64,000 nt of DNA from the NCBI RefSeq assembly GCF_009914755.1, contig NC_060929.1; one strand, 5' to 3'. The position numbers and the translations under genes were made by a program. How positions within the stretch are numbered: the first letter of the stretch is position 1; every line of letters starts with the position of its first letter. Source of the stretch: the human T2T-CHM13v2.0 reference genome, Homo sapiens. Under the pieces are notes generated by a model. That model worked only from the letters and a program-made list of their open reading frames with translations, did not search any database and was not told where the DNA came from. Positions 50,391 through 64,000 of the stretch are shown here, piece by piece.

Positions 50391-50671
50391 TGAGCTAACA
50401 TAGGAACAGAAAACCTAACTGCATGTTCTCAATTATCAGTGGGAGCTAAACATTGAGTACACGTGGATGCAAAGAAAGGAACAACAGACACCAACGCCTA
50501 CTTGAGGGTAGAGGGTGGGAGGAAGGTAAGGATCGAAAAACCACCTATCGAGTACTGTGCTTATTACCTGGGTGACAAAATAACCTGTACACCAAACCCC
50601 CATGACACGCAATGCACCCATATAACAAGCCTGCACATGTACCTCTAAGCCTAAAATAAAAGTTAAAAGAA
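50391..50671 (+). mobile_element. L1PA15/16-like 3' end
   Basis: gtgggagctaaacattgagtacac..., aaacccccatgacac; 15-bp TSD aagttagttgcttaa at 50376-50390 and 50672-50686. Confidence 0.9.
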
Positions 50672-51498
50672 AAGTTAGTTGCTTAAATGAGTAAGTAAAA
50701 TTCCATTTGAATCATCCACGTCCCTCAAGGGAGAGCTATAGATTATCGGAATAGGTATGTTTATCTCCATTCTCTACCTATCTTTCCTAATTCAGAAAAA
50801 TTGTAAACGCAGGTAGATTAATTTATTTCTACACAGCACTGTCTTTTTTGGAACATATAGTTACTTCAAGTTCTACCTCAATATTTTCTCTCCAAAACAA
50901 GAAGCAAAAGCAACATCTCAACCAGATTATTTTAAGCCTTTTAACATTTTAGTTTTAGAGTTTCTAGCTTTGTTTTCAGACAGTACACAGATGATTAAAA
51001 ATCAATAAGGATTCAACATTTGAGCATTATCTCCTATGGGACAATCAATGCATAGAACGGCCAAAACAATTTGTAATTTTTGATCAAGTCCTTATGATAG
51101 AAATAAAAACCAGAGCACAACTAATCCCATATTGGAAAAAAGGTTAAGGGAATGAGAAGATAATTCATATTAACTGAGTACCTACTGTGTGTCAGACACT
51201 ATGCATGGAGGTTCACAGTGGTGAATTGAATCTTCACATATAATCTAGGAAGTAGTTATAATTAGTTATAATTACTATGGTTTGACTACTGAGTGCAGTG
51301 AGATGCAGAGAGGCACGCATCTACGGAAATTAGCTCACAGCCTTTCCAGTAGTCCAGACCACAAGTGCTGTTACTATAACCTGTGGGAATCCCTGACATT
51401 AAAGCCACAGTATAAGCTTTAGTTCAAAAATGTTCATGAACATATTTTTTTCTTTAATTTCAGTAGCTAATTCACTTGTTTGCATTTAATTTCATAGA

Positions 51499-52643
51499 TT
51501 TTTTTTTCTTCAACTTTTATTTTAAGTTCAGGGGTACATGTCCAGGATGTTCAGGTTTGTTGCATAGGTGAACGTGTGCCATGGTGATTTGCTGCACAAA
51601 TCAACCCGTCACCTAGGTGTAAATCCATCATCCATTAGCTATTCTTCCTGATGCTCTCCCTCCCTTCACCCGCCCCTGACAGGCCCCAGTGTGTGTTGTT
51701 CCCTACCATGTGTCCATGTGTTCTCATCTTTCAGCTCTCACTTGCAAGTGAGAACATGCAGTGTTTGGTCTTCTGTTCCTGTGTTAGTTTGCTGAGGATA
51801 ACAAAGGACATGGATGCTTAGCAAACTAAGGATAACAGTTCTATCCATTTGCAAGGATTCATATGCATATCCATTTGCAAAGTTCATATCCTTTGCAAGG
51901 ATATGGTGTCATTCTTTTCTATGTCTGCATAGTATTCCATGGTGCGTATGTTACCACCTTTTCTTTATCCAGTCTATCACTGATGGGCATTTGGGTTGAT
52001 TCCATGTCTTTGCTATTGTGAATAGTGCTGCAATGAACACACGCATGCTTGTGTCTTTATAATAAAATGATTTATATTCCTTTGGGTATATACCTAGTAC
52101 TGGGATTGCTGGGTCAAATGGTATTTCTGCTTCTAGATCTTTGAGGAATCGCCACACTGTCTTCCACAATGATTGAACTAATTTACATCCCCACCAACAT
52201 TGTAAAAGCGTTCCTTTTTTCTCCACAACCTCGCCAGCATCTGTTGTTTCTTAACTTTGCAATAGTCATTCTGTCTGGAGTGAGATGGTATCTCATTATG
52301 GTTTTGCTTTGCATTTCTCTAATGATCAGTGATGTTGAGGTTTTTTTCATATGTTTGTTGGCTGCAAGAGTGTCTTCTTTTGAGAAGTGTCTGCTCATGT
52401 CCTTTGCCTACTTTTTAATGGGGTTGTTTGTTTTTTCTTGTAAATTTGTCTAAGTTCTTTGTAGACTCTGGATATTAGACCATTGTCAGAAAGATAGATT
52501 GCAAAAATTTTCTTCCATTCTGTAGGTTGTCTGTTCACTCTGATGATAGTTTCTTTTTCTGTGCAGAAGCTCTTTAGTTTAATTAGATCCCATTTGTCAA
52601 TTTTGACTTTTGTTGCCATTGCTTTTGGTATTTCCATCATGAA
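51499..52643 (-). mobile_element. 5'-truncated L1PA (about PA10-13) with an internally scrambled patch
   Basis: ORF2 C-terminal remnants (51951-52646) plus 3'UTR. Confidence 0.92.
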
Positions 52644-52669
52644 CATTTTATATATTTTTTAAAAATAAA

Positions 52670-53670
<1,001 letters not shown>

Positions 53671-54507
53671 ACATAGCTTTCTCATCAGTGAAACATACAG
53701 TTTGAACTGAGTGATGGATTGAGTAGCTCCGATTTTTCCCAATGCTCATACTGTGCTTTACTGAAGAAGTTACATTAAGTCTTTCAGGAATCCACAGAAA
53801 ACATAAAACAGAGGCAAATTGGCTCCATAGAGACACATTTCCAATAGAGCTTCAGCAAGTGGATACAGCAGATATGGCCCTTCTCTTTTCAAATGCGTTA
53901 GGATAATAATAGATGCATAGAAATAAACATCAATTAATACTTCACAGCTATTATCAATCCAAAGATAACACCTAGGCTTTTAATGCCTTTTTCCCCTTTT
54001 ATTATAAAATGCCTTTAATTCTATTGTGCTTTAGTGGGAAATTACTAAGTGAAAGACCTAGTCCCACGTTCAGTGGCCCCTGGTTGTAAGCTCTTCATAA
54101 CTTTTAGGCACTGATAATGCATTTGGGGTTTCAAATCTCCAGGGATGAATGTTGGTAAGGATAACGCTGAAATGAACGTTAAGATAATGTGCTAATAAAT
54201 GTTATATCCTGCCTGTTCTGAAGGTTTGCAGGACTCTGCGGATTAATTGTGAGACTCAGAGAAGAAACCAACTAGACAGGTATCACATGTGCTAAAGAAA
54301 TAAAAGCTAGCCTGCTGTATGATAGAAAGCTGCCTTTCAGTAAATGGTTGCCGAATTGAGAAAAGACAACTGCAGTGATGATAAATAAAAAGATAAGGCA
54401 ACGACTTGCTGAAAAAATGTGCTACGTATCAGGCTCTGCCAAGTGCTTTCTAAGCATGGTTTTACTTAATCCCCATACAAATCCTATGTGGCAGCCACTG
54501 TTTTCAT

Positions 54508-54813
<306 letters not shown>

Positions 54814-56298
54814 TTCCATTCTCATTTTAGGATAAGGAAATGAGGCCAGGAGAAGTGACTTGCCCAAGGTCACATGGTCAGTAAGTAGTGACACCACCTG
54901 AGAGTTTCTGTCTGACCTTCTCAGAGCCACATTCCTTGATAAGAGGACACCCAATGAAAGGGAACAAGCTGAGGGCAGGAGAGTGCTTCTTGGGAAATCT
55001 CACAGCACAGAGATAAATACTTCCTCCCAGCCCCGAGTCTAAGAAGCCAGACAGTGAGACAAAAGCAGCTCCAGAGTCTACTCAGATTCTGACATCATAG
55101 TTGAAAACCTAATTGACGTGCCTTACATAGAACACGTGTGTCCCTCACCATCCCCGGGGTGACTCTCTGTGCAGAGTTTCTGCATTTAGTTATTTTCTGT
55201 ATTTGTGAAGGATAAACAAGGCTTCTTTTAGTGTTTTATCATTCATGAATTAGCTCTTCCCTGAGCCACTGTAAAGTCCGATGTAAGATGATCAGATGCC
55301 AGTAGGTCAACTCAAGGCTTTGAAAAATAAAAATTCTCCATGTGTGAACTACAAATCCAACCCACATTTGCTTGTTATGCAGAAAATTGTATTTGCCATG
55401 TCCTGCTTGCTTAGGGTAAAATGTTGGCTGTTGTTTTTTTTTTTCAGGCCATTAATATTGGCAAATCTTGCATAGACACAAGTGGTTGTAATTCTTACTA
55501 CCATTAAGACAGTAGATGGATGGCTTTGAATTTGGGCCAAGTGAGCAAAGGCAGCCCCTCCCTCTCTACGTTCCAGCCGTTTTGCTCACTGTGAGGACTC
55601 AGCTGTGACACGGCAAGTATCTTTTACGCACATTTCTGTGATTTGCCCAGCACACATAGAACCATCATGAGCCTTTTAATAGCCAGTAATAGTTTGTCAT
55701 AAACTTGTAAGATAAGATGCTTTTTGTTTAATACTCAAGTGCATTAGAAACCTGGCATCAACACAACAAGAAAATTTGTTCTCTTGAGATTCAGTAGAGA
55801 GATTCAAGGTCACATAATCATTCCAGAAATTTTAAAACGGCTTCCTTTTATTCGGTGCCAAGAAATGCTGAGCTCCAGAAACTTCCTATAAAGCTCATCT
55901 TGATAGTTTTTAAAATACTTTAGATATCACACTCACCCATGTTTTTTGAATGGCAGCTGGAGTTAAGAATTCTGTTTCCTTTGAGGTACTATCCCATAAC
56001 TCCTGATTTTTTTTTCAACTCTCTTTATGTTTGGATTTTTGCCAAATATTGCTATTGATCAAAGGAAGAAAATGTTGTGCTTAGTTTTATAATGCTGGGT
56101 CCATCAAGATTGAACATGGTCTTCCTTTCTCAAAACATAGACTTACTGTGTTGGTATTCTTCAACCTGCTCTGCCTCACCTCCATGACAGTCCATCGTCA
56201 CAGCTGCTGCCATTATAGATGTGGGATGATGTGTGGAATGTGTTCATTACTCTTTTTGTAAACACACACACAGGCACACACACACACACACATCATAA

Positions 56299-56636
<338 letters not shown>

Positions 56637-57099
56637 TAGTTAAACTGGGTTTACACTCTCATTTCATTGCCTGGACATTTCACGATCCTCTCCACAGCAT
56701 CTGCAAAGCTAGAAGATCTAGATTCTCAAAATTCCACCTCCTCCCATCTTTTGTCCACTCTCTCTGTTTTACCCCATATCAGTTTAGATATAACCACAGT
56801 CCCTTCACCAGTTTTCATAAGAAATCCACGTATGCCATTGATTTCTAGTTTAGTGAGCTTGGGAAATGTCTTGGACTTTGGGAGAGGGTCACAGTGCAGT
56901 GGGGCAGCTTTCCTCAGCCCAGCTGGCTTCTTTCTCATCCACCTCTCCCAGCTCTTCAGTTCTCCTTTCAGGATGGCTCTATGAAGATTACTTTCTTTCA
57001 TTCTTTCACTTATTCAGAACAAGGATCTCATCCCAAATTTGTACAGGATGGCTTATCGAAGCATTCTGAAGAATAAAGAGACTTCCATTTGGCATGCGT

Positions 57100-57335
57100 G
57101 GAGTAGCTATTTTCTCCCTGTGTCTTCACATGGTCTTCCGTCTGTGAGTCTACCCTAATCTCTTCCTATAAGGACACCAGTCATATTGGATTAGGGTCCA
57201 CCCTAATGACCTTATTTTAATTTAATTACCTCTTTAAAGATGCTACTGTGTTTCCAAATACAGCCACATGCTGAGGTATTGGAGGAGAGGGCTTCAACAT
57301 ATGAATTGAGGGCTGATACAATTCAGCCCATGAGA
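57100..57335 (-). mobile_element. MLT1A-C type LTR fragment
   Basis: ataaggacaccagtcatattggattagggtccaccctaatgacct ... gcttcaacatatgaatt..acaattcagcccat. Confidence 0.85.
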
Positions 57336-58670
57336 CTCCCCTTAAATGAGCAGCTCATATAATTGAAGATGCATGAGAACAGAGACCTTGTCTGCCTAAT
57401 TCTCTCCTGTATCCTTCATGCTTATGAGAGTGCCTAGAACATGCTAAAGAATGAATAGGGACTTTACTGTTGTTGAATAAGTTAAAGGTTGGAGGAGGTG
57501 CCCAGCACAGAGCAAGCAAGTGCTACTATATCTCTGCTGGATTTCCCAAACAGTCCTTACTTGATGTTTCCCAACTATGTTTTAGGAGAAAGTGAGGAGG
57601 GGCAGGCATATCATGAACACATATATGATGCTGGAAAATTTACTGCTGTCGTTTTATTTCCAAAAGGTAGAGGCAGGGTGTAGATATCATTCGCCTCACC
57701 TTCTCCCAGCCATGTGTCTACAGCACTAATACTGAACAACAAGGTTTCCTGGCATCCAATGTCAGAAGACCAATGTCACAAATGTGACTGAATTTATATT
57801 TAAATAAAAAGAAAATTTTAAAGTATATTTTTTCTTGAAAATTTTAGCACTTTTAGAAATACAGAACCACCATTTATATTCTTCAATAAAAGTTCTTTCT
57901 TTTTAAAAGTTCTGAGTTGCACACAGATGGGTCCTTAGCCAACATTAGTACAATATTAGTAGCCAATGCCACTTAGTAGTAGCATTGCTAGCTACTTAGG
58001 CCACACAGGTTTGAGAAGTTGACGGTATTTCTATTATCCATCTGAGAATCTCTTTTTGGTTTGTCTGTCTGTATTAGAACTTCTTGGAAAATTTTGTTGA
58101 TGTTATAATATTTGACTCATAGACTAAGAAGATAGAATAACTATTTCACAATGGTGTATTTTGAAAAAAAAGCATATAACTTACAGGGAAATAAAATAAC
58201 TCTTCTCTCATTACAATGTTTTATGATTCTTTCTGAATTCCAGCCATTGTCCATCACTATAACTGTGGGCATTCTTTTGAATCATCACTAATCAAAGATG
58301 TTTGTCTCCAGAGCTCTTGGCATCATATAATGTCTAGCAACCTCATGTGAACTATAAAGAACCTTGGCACCAAGGGTGCAGCATAGCTCCATAACAAAAA
58401 TGAATAAATTTTAGGCATCAACAGTGCATTCAAGGGGGGGAGGAGCCAAGATGGCTGAATAGGAACAGCTCCGGTCTACAGCTCCCAGCGTGAGCGACGC
58501 AGAAGACAGGTGATTTCTGCATTTCCATCTGAGGTACCGGGTTCATCTCACTAGGGAGTGCCAGACAGTGGGCGCAGGACAGTGGGTGTGCTCACCGTGC
58601 GCAAGCCGAAGCAGGGCAAGGCATTGCCTCACCTGGGAAGCGCAAGGGGTCAGGGAGTTCCCTTTCCGAG

Positions 58671-58886
58671 TCAAAGAAAGGGGTGACAGACGCACCTGGA
58701 AAATCGGGTCACTCCCACCCGAATATTGCGCTTTTCAGACCGGCTTAAAAAACGGCGCACCACGAGACTATATCCCACACCTGGCTTGGAGGGTCCTACG
58801 CCCACGGAATCTCGCTGATTGCTAGCACAGCAGTCTGAGATCAAACTGCAAGGTGGCAGCGAGGCTGGGGGAGGGGCGCCCGCCAT
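58671..58886 (-). CDS. ORF0: L1 antisense ORF0, intact 71 aa
   Basis: MAGAPPPASLPPCSLISDCCASNQRDSVGVGP...RFSRCVCHPFL*, ATG at 58886; matches the known primate L1 ORF0. Confidence 0.85.
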   Translation of the reverse strand: MAGAPPPASLPPCSLISDCCASNQRDSVGVGPSKPGVGYSLVVRRFLSRSEKRNIRVGVTRFSRCVCHPFL

Positions 58887-59341
58887 TGCCCAGGCTTGCT
58901 TAGGTAAACAAAGCAGCCAGGAAGCTCGAACTGGGTGGAGCCCACCACAGCTCAAGGAGGCCTGCCTGTCTCTCTAGGCACCACCTCTGGGGGCAGGGCA
59001 CAAACAAACAAAAAGACAGCAGTAACCTCTGCAGACTTAAATGTCCCTGTCTCACAGCTTTGAAGAGAGCAGTGGTTCTCCCAGCACGCAGCTGGAGATC
59101 TGAGAACGGGCAGACTGCCTCCTCAAGTGGGTCCCTGACCCCTGACCCCCGAGCAGCCTAACTGGGAGGCACCCCCCAGCAGGGGCACACTGACACCTCA
59201 CACTGCAGGGTATTCCAACAGACCTGCAGCTGAGGGTCCTGTCTGTTAGAAGGAAAACTAACAAACAGAAAGGACATCCACACCAAAAACCCATCTGTAC
59301 ATCACCATCATCAAAGACCAAAAGTAGATAAAACCACAAAG

Positions 59342-60357
59342 ATGGGGAAAAAACAGAACAGAAAAACTGGAAACTCTAAAACGCAGAGTGCCTCTCCTCC
59401 TCCAAAGGACCGCAGTTCCTCACCAGCAACGGAACAAAGCTGGATGGAGAATGATTTTGACGAGCTGAGAGAAGAGGCTTCAGACGATCAAATTACTCTG
59501 AGCTACGGGAGGACATTCAAACCAAAGGCAAAGAAGTTGAAAACTTTGAAAAAAATTTAGAAGAATGTATAACTAGAATAACCAATACAGAGAAGTGCTT
59601 AAAGGAGCTGATGGAGCTGAAAACCAAGGCTCGAGAACTACGTGAAGAATGCAGAAGCCTCAGGAGCCGATGCGATCAACTGGAAGAAAGGGTATCAGCA
59701 ATGGAAGATGAAATGAATGAAATGAAGCGAGAAGGGAAGTTTAGAGAAAAAAGAATAAAAAGAAATGAGCAAAGCCTCCAAGAAATATGGGACTATGTGA
59801 AAAGACCAAATCTACGTCTGATTGGTGTACCTGAAAGTGATGCGGAGAATGGAACCAAGTTGGAAAACACTCTGCAGGATATTATCCAGGAGAACTTCCC
59901 CAATCTAGCAAGGCAGGCCAACATTCAGATTCAGGAAATACAGAGAACGCCACAAAGATACTCCTCGAGAAGAGCAACTCCAAGACACATTATTGTCAGA
60001 TTCACCAAAGTTGAAATGAAGGAAAAAATGTTAATGGCAGCCAGAGAGAAAGGTCGGGTTACCCTCAAAGGGAAGCCCATCAGACTAACAGCAGATCTCT
60101 CGGCAGAAACCCTACAAGCCAGAAGAGAGTGGGGGCCAATATTCAACATTCTTAAAGACAAGAATTTTCAACCCAGAATTTCATATCCAGCCAAACTAAG
60201 CTTCATAAGTGAAGGAGAAATAAAATACTTTACAGACAAGCAAATGCTGAGAGATTTTGTCACCACCAGGCCTGCCCTAAAAGAGCTCCTGAAGGAAGCG
60301 CTAAACATGGAAAGGAACAACCCGTACCAGCCGCTGCAAAATCATGCCAAAATGTAA
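59342..60357 (+). pseudogene. L1 ORF1p with a single 1-nt frameshift
   Basis: gaagaggcttc near 59474 versus gaagaaggcttc in the other copy; ORFs 59342 and 59611 together give the full protein. Confidence 0.95.
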
Positions 60358-60413
60358 AGACCATCGAGACTAGGAAGAAACTGCATCAACTAACGAGCAA
60401 AATCACCAGCTAA

Positions 60414-64000
<3,587 letters not shown>

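Overview
Primate (human-like) genomic DNA, AT-rich and dominated by repeats. I see no recognisable host protein-coding gene, RNA gene or CpG island; every long ORF comes from LINE-1. The main elements are two young direct-orientation L1PA elements (a complete one at 35216-41397 with a 17-bp TSD, and one from 58434 running off the window with an intact antisense ORF0), a fused pair of older minus-strand L1s (about 17765-27910), an HSMAR2 mariner, two MER67-like LTRs, THE1, MLT1, LTR33, about a dozen Alus, MIR/L2 remnants and compound microsatellites. The most notable observations are: (1) the two young L1s appear to be different subfamily variants yet share several rare non-consensus substitutions at equivalent positions, suggesting ectopic gene conversion; (2) a complex L1PA2-like insertion at 5794-6340 combines a short 3' transduction, a 23-nt twin-primed fragment and a fold-back copy of target DNA, producing a perfect 49-bp inverted repeat that duplicates an NF-E2/AP-1 motif; (3) several templated-insertion or capture scars are scattered through the window. 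Subfamily names come from recalled consensus features, not from a database search, and the genomic locus was not identified.
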